A DNA stretch of 64,000 nucleotides, from the NCBI GenBank assembly GCA_964035545.1, contig OZ037767.1, positions 321,680 to 385,679 on the forward strand, given 5' to 3'. The notes under the pieces were generated by a model that was not told the DNA's origin, ran no database searches, and saw only the letters and a program-made list of their open reading frames with translations. The DNA is from Bugula neritina (taxonomy: Eukaryota > Animalia > Bryozoa). The position numbers and the translations under genes were made by a program. Below are positions 13,901-26,788 of the stretch, piece by piece; the first letter of the stretch is position 1, and every line of letters starts with the position of its first letter.

Positions 13901-16900
13901 CATATTATACTCTGTAGTACTTACTAGTAAGTATATAACTATATAAACATATTATACTCTGTAGTACTTACTAGTAAGTATATAACTATATAAGCATATT
14001 ATACTCTGTAGCACTTACTAGTAAGTATATAACTATATAAACATATTATACTCTGTAGTACTTACTAGTAAGTATATAACTATATAAACATATTATACTC
14101 TGTACTACCTACTAGTAAGTATATAACTATATAAACATATTATACTCTGTAGTACTTACTAGTAAGTATATAACTATATAAACATATTATACTCTGTAGC
14201 ACTTACTAGTAAGTATATAACTATATAAGCATATTATACTCTGTAGCACTTACTAGTAAGTATATAACTATATAAACATATTATACTCTGTAGTACTTAC
14301 TAGTAAGTATATAACTATATAAACATATTATACTCTGTAGCACTTACTAGTAAGTATATACTTATATAAACATGTTATACTCTGTAATACTTACATGTAA
14401 GTATATAACTATATAAACATATTATACTCTGTAGTACTTACTAGTAAGTATATAACTATATAAACATATTATACTCTGTAGTACTTACTAGTAAGTATAT
14501 AACTATATAAACATATTATACTCTGTAGTACTTACTAGTAAGTATATAACTATATAAACATTTTATACTCTGTAGTACTTACTAGTAAGTATATAACTAT
14601 ATAAACATATTATACTCTGTAGTACTTACTAGTAAGTATATAACTATATAAGCATATTATACTCTGTAGCACTTACTAGTAAGTATATAACTATATAAAC
14701 ATATTATACTCTGTAGTACTTACTAGTAAGTATATAACTATATAAACATATTATACTCTGTACTACCTACTAGTAAGTATATAACTATATAAACATATTA
14801 TACTCTGTAGTACTTACTAGTAAGTATATAACTATATAAACATATTATACTCTGTAGCACTTACTAGTAAGTATATAACTATATAAACATATTATACTCT
14901 GTAGTACTTACTAGTAAGTATATAACTATATAAGCATATTATACTCTGTAGCACTTACTAGTAAGTATATAACTATATAAACATATTATACTCTGTAGTA
15001 CTTACTAGTAAGTATATAACTATATAAACATATTATACTCTGTACTACCTACTAGTAAGTATATAACTATATAAACATATTATACTCTGTAGTACTTACT
15101 AGTAAGTATATAACTATATAAACATATTATACTCTGTAGTACTTACTAGTAAGTATATAACTATATAAGCATATTATACTCTGTAGCACTTACTAGTAAG
15201 TATATAACTATATAAACATATTATACTCTGTAGTACTTACTAGTAAGTATATAACTATATAAACATATTATACTCTGTACTACCTACTAGTAAGTATATA
15301 ACTATATAAACATATTATACTCTGTAGTACTTACTAGTAAGTATATAACTATATAAACATATTATACTCTGTAGCACTTACTAGTAAGTATATAACTATA
15401 TAAACATATTATACTCTGTAGCACTTACTAGTAAGTATATAACTATATAAACATATTATACTCTGTAGTACTTACTAGTAAGTATATAACTATATAAACA
15501 TATTATACTCTGTAGCACTTACTAGTAAGTATATACTTATATAAACATGTTATACTCTGTAATACTTACATGTAAGTATATATGTGTATCCCTAACTTAC
15601 ACAGAGTATTACTATAAGTATATATTATAATTTATTCTTCTGTAATCAGATGTGTAACACATTATTATTCTCAGTGCATTATAATTCTTATACTTCATGT
15701 TTCGACACTGAATTTGAATACTGCGTATGAGATGAACTGACGCATTGCAAGCAGATAACACTATAGTCACTTAACAATATGGAAGGACCAGAAGTGACCA
15801 AACTTGGCACTCAGTCATGGCAAAAATTATTTTGATTCACAACTGACAGAAATTAATTTATTTTAAACAAAATTTGTGTATTTGTTTCATAAATAAATAA
15901 ATAAAGCTGAATCACTGTGCATAGTCACTTTAGTTTGCTCCGTTTCATTGAAATGTAAAATAATATTATGCTTAATCATCGGGTAACTTAGTTTTCTGGG
16001 TTTATTCCATCATAGCTCTTATAATTCTACTATATGTAATATTCTATACAGCATATAATTGTATTCAACTTCCTACTATAGTAATATGTAGTAATATAAT
16101 AATTATATTACTATAGTATATATTATATATTATATTCAACTCACATGACTTGAGTGACAAAGTCCGCCACATCTGTCAGCAGGTTATTAGAGAGGTCAAG
16201 CTCTTCTAGTGCTGAGAAATCCCCTAGCCCAGGAACACTGGTCAGCCTGTTGTTGTCAAGAGAGAGCTTCTTTACCTGCAGCACTGCCTTGTGCGCAGTG
16301 AGGTCTAGAGTTGCCAGCGAGTTTATACTGAAGTCATACTCCGCAGGGGACTTGATCTTGGCGAAGAGGTCTCTGCTGACGCTTGTCAGCGCGTTGTTCT
16401 TGACGTTCAGCTCCTTGAGCCTCGCCCACTCACTGTAGAATATATATATTACATTATATAATATAATAATATAATAATAGAATATAATACTATAATATAA
16501 TATAATAATATTTAATATATAATAATGATATAATATAATTTAATATTAGTAATATAACAATATAATATAGTGATATGATATAATACTACATAGTATAATA
16601 ATAAGGTATAATATAATAACATAGTATATAATAGTAATATAATACAAAGCTGTACTCCTTCACACCTGCCTGGCTTCACATCTTATAAGGTAAAGTTATT
16701 CAATAACTTTCCCTGCCTACTTCAGAAGGTCTCTTTGTTACTATCTTCAAGTCCAAAGAACTTCTCTTCCTGTCTCCAGTTGAAGTATGTGTTGTTCTAT
16801 TTCATAGTGCATGGTTTTCAATCATTTCGCTTGTATTTAACATTAAAGCTATTTTATCCCTGGACTGAAAAGCTGCTCCTAAAATGTTTTGTTTAACTCT

Positions 16901-18296
16901 CTGGAAGCTATGCTGGTAAACACACTTACTGTAGCACACTTACTGAGACATACTTACTATAACCTATATACTGTAACACACTTACTGTAATATACTTACT
17001 GTATACTTATTGTAATATATTTACTGGATACTTACTATGACATGCTTCCTACAGCACAATACTTATAGTTACTATAAAATAATGTGGAATCATAAAACTG
17101 CCTTATGTAATGTGTTGAAGCCTGTTGACTTATACAGAAACTTCTAGAGCATTGCTTGTGTCCAGTCACTTACCCATTATTGGTGTTGGCAGGAATGATG
17201 TCATCTACCGAAGTCAGCGTTGGGTGGTCCTTGATGGTCAGCCTAGTTGCTGACAGAGAAATGTAGGGCACAAGTGAACTCAGATGGTGATTGGCTAAGC
17301 CCTTGAGGTTGGATATGTACACGTAGTTGACATCTTGGAGAAAACTACTGTCGAGGAAGTCCAGGTTAGTTATGGTGCAGTTGACAAGTTCCACAGAGGA
17401 TATCTGTAGAAAAGTGTATTCTTCATGAGATATGAATAACATTCAACAGCCCAAGAGTATATCTGAACAATTTTTATTCATAATATAATACGTTCTACAT
17501 AACAGTTGGAAAATTCAGTAAAGGGATCTACGGATAAATGTTTTGGGTTAAAAACAACAGCAATTGAAACGTCAGCAAAGAGTGTCTGCAGTAGAATATA
17601 TTATTCTATACATAGCAGTTGAGATGTTTAATAGAGGCTATCTGCAGCAAGCTTATTGGTCACAAAAGGAAATTGACAAGATAATGTTTGTTAACATGTA
17701 AATATATGCAAAGGTGTGATGCAAGTAACACTTGATGTGAGGAAATGACAATGAATCTGCTATCTTAACGTGTATTTTAACCTGTATACAGTAGTATTCT
17801 AACATATATACAGTGTGGTGTTAACTTACAGTAGTATTCTAACACCTATATACAGTATGATGTTAACTTACAGTAGTATTGTAACATTTATACAGTAGTA
17901 TTCTAACATCTATATACAGTATGATGTTAACTTACAGTAATATTCTAACATGTATACAGTGTGATGATAACTTACAGTAATATTCTAACATTTATACAGT
18001 GTGGTGTTGACTTACAGTAGTATTCTAACATATATACAGTGTGGTGTTAACTTACAGTAGTATTCTAACATCTATACAGTGTGATGATAACTTACAGTGG
18101 TCGGGGTGATGGCAGGTGATATCTGGGAATAAACTGTACTATCAATCTGCTGCAGATTCTCATCAATACAGGATATGGACGACTTACTCGCAGCGTTTTG
18201 GAAACAAGCAGGAATACTCTGTGTAAGTGTAGTAGCTGGCAGCATGCAGAATATATTTAGTATGACTAGAAACTTGTGCCTTTCTCTCGCTGCCAT
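7994..18296 (-). CDS. Single-pass leucine-rich-repeat membrane protein (signal peptide, LRR ectodomain, Cys-rich cap, TM, long low-complexity tail), 14 exons, ~895 aa
   Basis: Exons 18096-18296, 17174-17403, 16145-16432, 12648-12797, 12312-12435, 11085-11371, 10758-10899, 10351-10480, 9983-10080, 9687-9835, 9261-9518, 8890-9106, 8533-8708, 7994-8231 (2688 nt, in frame). LRRs include LKELNVKNNAL, LYLSGNANL, LHLDNNLI, LSVKDNNL, LDASLNQL. TM is VVIALGYILMFIFLAIAIILFS followed by RRYR. An upstream in-frame ATG lies at 18395. Confidence 0.85.
11872..12292. repeat. 41-bp minisatellite, LRR gene intron
   Basis: ACTAACTATTTCTAGGTATGATGTACTACTAGCACCATTTT-like unit, ~10 copies. Confidence 0.9.
12820..15580. 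repeat. 47-bp palindrome-containing minisatellite, LRR gene intron 3
   Basis: TATTATACTCTGTAGTACTTACTAGTAAGTATATAACTATATAAACA, ~58 copies; internal palindrome TACTTACTAGTAAGTA. Confidence 0.96.
17785..18098. repeat. ~41-bp minisatellite reiterating the LRR exon-1 donor
   Basis: Each unit on the minus strand contains ACT|GTAAGT, as at the real donor (18096/18095). Confidence 0.85.
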
Positions 18297-19189
18297 AGTG
18301 AACTGTAATGCTGATGCTAATGGTGACGCGATGTTTAGGTGTTTGAGAATCAGTAAGGAGATGGGGCTGCAAGACAATGGTAACTGCTGAGTCATCTCTC
18401 ACCATGGCTCATACACCATGACTCATACACTGAATAGAAAATCCTACACTCTATTATATAATCAGTTTCTTCAAACATTCCCTATCTATCTTAAAACTCC
18501 TGATTTGAGGCTGAGTTAGTTGATAAAATACACAATGGCTCAGCTTTGTCACTCTTGACTCACACTCCACTTGTTCAAACAAAACAGCTACTCTTAGAGA
18601 AACAATTGATATGCTTAACTTCGATTTCTTCTTGAAAAGAAGTTAGAAGTAGCTGATCTAAATTCCATACCAATGACTCATAAAAATGGTAGTTAAGTCA
18701 AGTTTTCTGTATACTCACATGCGACTGGATAATGTTTTGTTACTCTTTTTAACTTTGCTGTATTCAGTTTGCTGAAGTCAACTAGCAGGTGGTAGTCTGT
18801 ACTTGCACTGTATCTGGAGGTCGTGGTGTCAAATGACGATGCATCTCCTGACATGTTCTCACCAATCACCATTACGCCTTCTTTAGCGACACGCTCCACA
18901 GAGTTCTCTTATAGACTGAGATTTTCCAACAGCCAATGACAAAGTCACAGCAAGAAGGTAAGAGGTCCCTTAAAGTCTGAGCAATTTTAAATTAGAAACA
19001 TGACAACTGCGTTCAGAGTATTGTCTACCGTAGCTGTGCCAGTGTTTAAGCATGGTTCACAATTACTTATGTAACATAAACAATAAAAATATGATTAATT
19101 TATAGTTATGTTGTGTGGCCCGCTAAATTGAAAGGGGAAAAATAATAATAATACTGCGTTATGTAGCGTAGGGAAAAAAGTAAGAGCTT

Positions 19190-19262
19190 CGCCCGAACAG
19201 GGACTCGAACCCTGGACCCTCAGATTAAAAGTCTGATGCTCTACCGACTGAGCTATCCGGGC
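19190..19262 (-). tRNA. tRNA-Lys, anticodon UUU
   Basis: Minus strand reads GCCCGGATAGCTCAGTCGGTAGAGCATCAGACTTTTAATCTGAGGGTCCAGGGTTCGAGTCCCTGTTCGGGCG, the canonical eukaryotic tRNA-Lys(TTT). A T6 Pol III terminator follows at ~19174-19179. Confidence 0.97.
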
Positions 19263-20082
19263 ACTCGATAAGAACAAGTATAAATTAAGATATCATACAG
19301 CAAACGTAATGGTCCAACGTATACGTTGTTGTGATATATATATACTGAGGAGATAACTTTATGCATTGGCCGTAATGCATTTTAGAATCTTTGACAAGGA
19401 CTATACTGTTCATATACCTGTCCTGGAGTACAACTTCCTATAACAAATAATAATAATGTGTTTAGTGCCTTTTTAACAATATTTAATTTGCATTTTACTA
19501 GCAAAACATAAAAATAATGCAACTATTAAATAAATACCACACAGTGCTATAAATTCTTAGCAACAGCTGTTAAGAAAGAGGAAAGGCTCTTGATATATTA
19601 CCTTAAAAAATCTACTAAACAAAACACCGCCTTCTTTAGGCTAAGCATCGCCCACTTTGCAGGAAATTTCTACAGATTGCAACATACTTATAATACTATA
19701 TTTTCTAATACGTGTTGCACCGTGAATTGCCATATAGTTGCTTATTATTATGGTAGGAAATATAAAATTGATTGTCATACAGTAATTCAAACTTCTAAGA
19801 TAAAATGTTTGAGAATCAACTCAACTTGATTTAAGTGTAACTTAGTGACTTGATCCGAAGTATGCAGTACTACTCTAACCCCAATGTACTACTCTCTAAT
19901 CTCCCAACAGAACTCTACTATACCTGCAGTATATGTGAACATAACTCCAAACTCCTCTTTGCTTGCAAAATAATACTCATTCACTAAATATGAGCTGAGA
20001 ATTTCATTCACCAAACTTAGAGCCTCAGGTGATCATTTGGGACTTCAATGTACTGAATACTCTGTCAACTGTGTCGACTGTT

Positions 20083-20247
20083 GTAGTGTGTTACCACAAC
20101 AGTGTATGGGAATATACTGATATACTGATGTAGTGTGTTACCACAACAGTGTATGGGAATATACTGATGTAGTGTGTTACCACAACAGTGTATGGGAATA
20201 TACTGTTGTAGTGTGTTACCACAACAGTGTATGGGATATACTGATGA
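20083..20247. repeat. 39-bp tandem repeat
   Basis: GTAGTGTGTTACCACAACAGTGTATGGGAATATACTGAT, 4 copies. Confidence 0.85.
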
Positions 20248-21166
20248 GTACTAACAGTTTGAACTTTGCTTGTCTACTTCACGGGGTGTTGTTAGCTTGT
20301 TTGTGTCCAGTCTGTTCCGGCAGACATATTCATAGTAATTCCCAGCAGCATCACCGCAGTGATGGCAGCAGTGATGGTAGCAGCTTGGCAGCAGTAGCTC
20401 ATAGGGGGCAGGGGGCAGAGGGTAGAGGGTTATAGGGTAGAGGGCAGAGGGTAGAGGGCAGAGGGTAGAGGGCAGAGGGTAGAGGGTTATAGGGAGTATG
20501 GGGTACTAAATAACGTGTAGAATAACCTGATTGGGTAGATAACATTCAACTGAAACTTAGACTGTTTTCGCATTTCAATGATGAGTTGAATTGTTGAACC
20601 TGCAGATGACTTGCAATGTAATGATAAACTGGACCAGATGTTTGTTTGTTTGTTTGTTTTATTTTGTCGTAGTTGGAGAAAAAAAATTAATTGAGAAAAA
20701 ATAAACAAAATGTTGCAACTATTAGTAAGGAAGCCTTTCAACAACTCCAGAAATATTCCTGTTTATTATTTGAGAGTTTTCTCCCCATAACAACTAAACC
20801 GGCTCCACCCGCACAGTTGATATGTAGTCAAAGTGAGGTCTGAGGAACAAAGAAACTGCGGGTTGTGATGTCATTTCCTAAGCAATCAGTAAATCAACCT
20901 TTCTGCGTCTTGTATTTCAATATACATCATGTCATGGTGATGTCATATTATCTAACATGTTTGTATATTTGTATATATTATGCTTAACCTCCCACTGTGT
21001 TGTAGAACAATATGTCAATATCTAGTATAAGCAAAGGGAAGCAGTCCACAGGCTTCAATAAATGACCAAAAACCAGACTAGAGGCTATACTTCTGGAGGG
21101 ATATTTTATTTGTCCAACATACTAAATGGCAGAAGAAATAGCTTTAAATATAATATTTAATATTCA

Positions 21167-21827
21167 TCAATAGTATGTCAATAGTAAGTCAATAGGAAGT
21201 CTATAGTAAGTCAATAGTAAGTCAATAGTAAGTCAATAGTATGTCAATAGTAAGTCAATAGTAAGTCAATAGTAAGTCAATAGTAAGTCAATAGTAAGTC
21301 TATAGTAAGTCAATAGTAAGTCAATAGTAAGTCAATAGTAAGTCAATAGTAAGTCAATAGTAAGTCAATAGTAAGTCAATAGTAAGTCAATAGTAAGTCA
21401 ATAGTAAGTCAATAGTAAGTCAATAGTAAGTCAATAGTAAGTCAATAGTAAGTCAATAGTAAGTCAATAGTAAGTCAATAGTAAGTCAATAGTAAGTCAA
21501 TAGTAAGTCTATAGTAAGTCAATAGTAAGTCATTAGTAAGTCAGTAGTAAGTCAGTAGTAAGTCAATAGTAAGTCAATAGTAAGTCAATAGTAAGTCAAT
21601 AGTAAGTCAATAGTAAGTCAATAGTAAGTCTATAGTAAGTCAATAGTAAGTCAATAGGAAGTCAATAGTAAGTCAATAGTAAGTCAATAGTTAGTCAATA
21701 GTAAGTCAATAGTAAGTCAATAGTAAGTCAATAGTAAGTCTATAGTAAGTCAATAGTAAGTCAATAGTAAGTCAATAGTATGTCAATAGTAAGTCAATAG
21801 TAAGTCAATAGTAAGTCAATAGTAAGC
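21167..21827. repeat. 11-bp minisatellite (GTAAGTCAATA)
   Basis: ~60 tandem copies. Confidence 0.95.
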
Positions 21828-22150
21828 CAGTATAGTGTGAAATTTCTTATAGTATAATATCTCATGTAAAAAATCAACTCTAAAGAGGTTGCACTTTGTT
21901 GACTAGCTTTCCATCATTAGAAATATTGGTAGGTAAATAAAAATTTAATAACAAACAATAATTAATTAAATAAATAGTACCATAAATAAATAATAAGTAG
22001 TATTAGTTAAAGGAACGGAAATGCATTTTCTAAATGATTGTGAGATTTTGGCACTGGGCTAAGACGGAGTTAGCATAGAATGATAATACAGGATTGGGCA
22101 CTGGCTGCGACTGTCACATGACTGTCACATGACTGTCACATGAGTCACAT

Positions 22151-25100
22151 CTAGAAGCCATTAGGTGGAATAGTGATGAGGTGAGGCTGATCTTGGGGTA
22201 GATTTTGCATCCAGAGCTTGTAAGTAGAAGAAGACTTTTTCAGAAGAGTTCTGGAGGATTTCTTCAACTTGGGTATCAGTAAGTCTGAAAGAGAAATTTA
22301 GTGCTGCAATAACTGTTTGCCTTTAAAATATATGCCAAGGTTTACTAGAGAGCAAAGTCTATCAGCTTAAAACATGTGACACCAACATTTAATGTACCCA
22401 AACACACCTTATATAATAACATGGAGTTATGCTAATAATTCAACTAAAAGTTATTAAAGCTGATAGGCCCTGGCACGTGTGGCAGAATGCCACGTGGTAG
22501 CTCAGCACCACCTGGATGTTGCGTAACTCGCCATATGTGAGCAGCACAAGCATGGCACACAGCAGAGTATGGCATTGTATGCTAGTGCATACTGCTAGCA
22601 TTATGTTACAGCCTGTGAACTGTGTATACAGTGCAGACGTACAGTGCAGACGTACAGTGCAGACGTACAGTGCAGACGTACAGTGCAGACGTACAGTGCA
22701 GACGTACAGTGCAGACGTACAGTGCAGACGTACAGTGCAGACGTACAGTGCAGACGTACAGTGCAGACGTACAGTGCAGACGTACAGTGCAGACGTACAG
22801 TGCAGACGTACAGTGCAGACGTACAGTGCAGACGTACAGTGCAGACGTACAGTGCAGACGTACAGTGCATACGTACAGTGCAGACGTACAGTGCAGACGT
22901 ACAGTGCAGACGTACAGTGCAGACGTACAGTGCAGACGTACAGTGCAGACGTACAGTGCAGACGTACAGTGCAGACGTACAGTGCATACGTACAGTGCAG
23001 ACGTACAGTGCAGACGTACAGTGCAGACGTACAGTGCAGACGTACAGTGCAGACGTACAGTGCAGACGTACAGTGCATACGTACAGTGCAGACGTACAGT
23101 GCAGACGTACAGTGCAGACGTACAGTGCAGACGTACAGTGTAAGTGACTCACCTCTAAGCGTCTGCACTGAGATGGAATCATCCGAAGCGGGTTGTGACA
23201 TGGCAATGTCATCTTTTATAGATCCTCTTACAGCGTTTAACAAGGCATCACTATAACTAAAACAGATATAAGACTTTAGGTTAAAGTTATTGATATGCTA
23301 TGCAGCAATATTGTCATATTTATTTTGTTTAGCTGTTTAAGGAGATGTTTTATGAAGTGAATGCTACTAGAAAATTTCAACACAATACACTGTTTGTAAT
23401 TCCAATAAGGGAAACAAATTAACAATAGTGATTATGTTTTCCTTAGTAGAGCTCATAGTATTTGGTTTTATAAGGTGGAAGTTGTGTTCTCAACAACACT
23501 GTGTATTCCCCCTCCCCTTCAACAATGTCACCTCTCATTAGCCTGAGATTCAGGTATGAGAGTCTTAACACGAGTGAGCTGATCACATGGCCAACTCGCA
23601 TGCAGACGTAGCTACTAGTTAATGACCCTTGCTAGGTGTTGGAGTAATTTGCATTTTGCTCTCGTGAGTTTACATAACGTTACACCTTCATTCAGCAGAT
23701 AATGGTGCCCCCAGCATGTTGGGTGGTAGATGTTACCTTTTAGAAGAAGGGGAATATTTAGAGCTGTTAGTTCCGTCCACAAGGGACTCTATCAGACTAT
23801 CACTTTGAAAGCCGGAAGCTGCTAGAGATTGTGGAGAAGGAGTGGTGTGTTTGAGTACCTAACAAAAAGAAATCATGTAGATAAGACGTCTGGGTGGTTA
23901 TCTGGTTGCTGATGAAACTATATTCTTGTCAACTTATTTACATTTCATTAACATAAACTCTTACAATATGTATACTAATGTCAACTTGTACACTTATAGC
24001 TTGTTTATAGAATACGCACTATAGAATTATAGAATACACACTATAGAATTATATAACTCAGCTGCGTAACTAGGGTGTGATAAGGAATCAAATATACAAC
24101 TTAGCTGTAATATTCTAAATTTTAATAAAGCTATAAAAATATTTACCATCAAATAATACATAATATATACACACCTAAATATATATTCATATATTTCAAC
24201 AGATACAGATATAGCCAATCTCTATTTACTAATTAATTCACACATCTTAGGAATGTCAACTAATTCATTGTACACCAACAGCTCATGTGAGTTTAACTCA
24301 AGGTTTTACACATGAAAACATTTTACAACATTTTCAACTATAATCACCATAAAAATTGAAATTAATTTTTCAGCAAACAATAATCTAGCTTACCCTGTAT
24401 ATGTGCATAGCATCAAGTTTTGAAGGTAGGCTGCTAAGAAAGCCTAAAATTAATACTTGTAAGAAATTAATATCCATAATAATGTTGAGAGATGAAAGTT
24501 GAATAGAGAGTATATATCCAGGTGTGTAGCCAGAGAGAGGCCCTAAGTGCAGTGGTATAGCTGAGAGTAGCTAGAGCAGTGTTCTACCTGTATGTTCTAC
24601 CTGTATGTTCTACCTGTATAATGACTTCTACTGCTATGCTTGCCCTTATATACCTGCAGGCGTGTCATTAACATAATGACGTGAACTAATATATATATAA
24701 TTACCTTGTGAATAACACCACCTAGCGCCAGTATTCAGCTGCCCTCTCTATTGCATTCAGCTCCTAAGGCTATTGCATTCAGTTCCTAAGGCTATTGTGT
24801 GCAGTTCCTAGGTCTATTGTGTTCCACATATATTATTCAGCAAGGACCAATAGGGATTCTAGTATTACATTGAGAGGGGATGAGATAGAAGGGGTGAGAT
24901 AGAAGGGTTGAGAAGGAAAGGGTTGAGAGAGAGGAGGTGAGAGAGAGGAGAAAGAGGGGAGGTAAAAGAGATGGGGGTAGACTAGTGCAATGCAGGAGAA
25001 ATTGCATATTTCCTGATCTCATTAAACTTGATATATTGAATAATCTCTCTCAATTATAATGACATAAAACTGTAACTCTTTGGAGTGTTTTATGAACAAT

Positions 25101-25374
25101 ACAATTTAAAAATCCCATGCATCTACTTGAAATATAGTTTAACAGTCACATATATTTACACTAACAGTAAGTTACATCTACACTAACAGTAAGTTACATC
25201 TACACCTACAGTAAGCTATATCTACACCTACAGTAAGTTACATTTACACCTACAGCAAGCTACATCTATACATACACCTATACAGTAAGCTTATTTAAGT
25301 ACCTTGGGAGATAATAGTAATTCTTTCCACAGTAAAAATTTTGTAACTTCAGTGTTTCCCACGAGTGGACGAAA
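22151..25374 (-). CDS. Uncharacterised multi-exon gene, 3' portion (~173 aa reconstructed; 5' end unresolved)
   Basis: Exons 25303-25374, 24614-24653, 24394-24443, 23737-23858, 23153-23256, 22151-22284 have AG/GT borders and join in one open frame (FRPLVGNTEVTKFLLW...DALLNAVRGSIKDD...LWMQNLPQDQPHLITIPPNGF*). No family recognised. Confidence 0.5.
22627..23140. repeat. 13-bp minisatellite (TACAGTGCAGACG)
   Basis: ~39 copies; source of the five overlapping ORFs at 22440-23256. Confidence 0.95.
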
Positions 25375-26634
25375 CTATACAAGTAATAAACTTTATTAAA
25401 AAGTAAGCGAAATAATAAATTTATGAATATATGATTATTTGTGTGAATTATTCACCAGAAGAGATGCAAATACAATTCATTTATAAATAATATAATATCA
25501 TATTACATTATTAATATAATATATTAATATAATATTAGACTCTTATATAATGTCATATTACGTCATCATAATAATACATCCATACATAATTTAATAGCTC
25601 ATTGCTATGTATAATAATACAATCATACATAATTTAATAGCTCATTGCTATATATAATAATACAGTCATACATAATACACTGTAATGGTCTAGACATCAG
25701 TTGGCATTCAAACAGGTATTTTTATCAATGAAATTAGCCAATAACTGTCGAAATATTAAAAAATGACAGGAATGTGAATATTTACATTTAATTAACCTGC
25801 CTAGCAATATTCTAGCTGTCTAATGATGTTCTAGCTATGTTATTTCATGACTTATAGTATTTCTAAATATGCTGTGGCAATGCTGCGTGATATATGGAGA
25901 AATAGACTAGGTACTGTGACGCCACACGCCCACTAGGGAAACATTTGCCAACGGTATATTTTGGAATTTTAATTATTCTGGTACAGCTATAATAAACTGT
26001 TTTCGTCCAATAATTTACAGCTATTATATAGTATAGTATAGTATAGTATATAGTATTATATAGCTATCATAGCTATAAATTTTACTGTGCAAATTTAAGC
26101 AATAAATATGTTTCGAATTTCACCAGGCGGGCTGTTTATAATAAATCCAAGAAGCATTGCTGTAAAAGTTTTTAAATAATCAGCAAGTTAATTTAATTGA
26201 AATTTGTAAGATTTTGAGTCTTGAACAGTTTTTAAAAGTATCATAATGCTGATAAGATAGTAAATGCTATATATACAATATACTATTATTATGCTGTGTA
26301 AAGCAATAATTTGGTCACAATACCCCTACCCTGCTGGCTGTCTCACCTCCACCCTGCTGATCAAGGCACAACTGTATAACACCTGCGAAGGCAGGAAGAC
26401 AGCTTACCACCTTTGCTCTTCAACAACCAAAGTCACACACGAAGGTTCATCATTTATTTTTAGAAATTATTCAAGTGTGATAATTTAATTACAGTTTGCA
26501 TTCCTGTTTGTCTTTGTTCAGTGGTTAAAAGTTAAGAAGAAAATGAACAGCAGGCAAGTGAGGGTGGACATTTATAGTCAACATAAAATAAGGAATTTCT
26601 GTTCCCTGGCAGTATTAGAGCAAGAATGTAGAAT

Positions 26635-26788
26635 TAGAACAGGTAGAGTGTAGAACAGGTAGAGTGTAGAACAGGTAGAGTGTAGAACAGGTAGAGTGTA
26701 GAACAGGTAGAGTGTAGAACAGGTAGAGTGTAGAACAGGTAGAGTGTAGAACAGGTAGAGTGTAGAACAGGTAGAGTGTAGAACAGGT
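26635..26788. repeat. 16-bp tandem repeat (TAGAACAGGTAGAGTG)
   Basis: ~9 copies. Confidence 0.9.

Noticed and set aside
12820-15580. CRISPR-like array of palindromic repeats
   Set aside because: Units are head-to-tail with no unique spacers, there are no cas genes, and the context is a eukaryotic intron.
19095-19277. 60-aa ORF
   Set aside because: It overlaps the tRNA-Lys gene; incidental translation.
19396-19420. AAGGACTATACT resembling a U3 5' end
   Set aside because: No box A, B, C or D follows.
22440-23256. Five overlapping repetitive ORFs
   Set aside because: They derive from the 13-bp array; only 23153-23256 looks like an exon.
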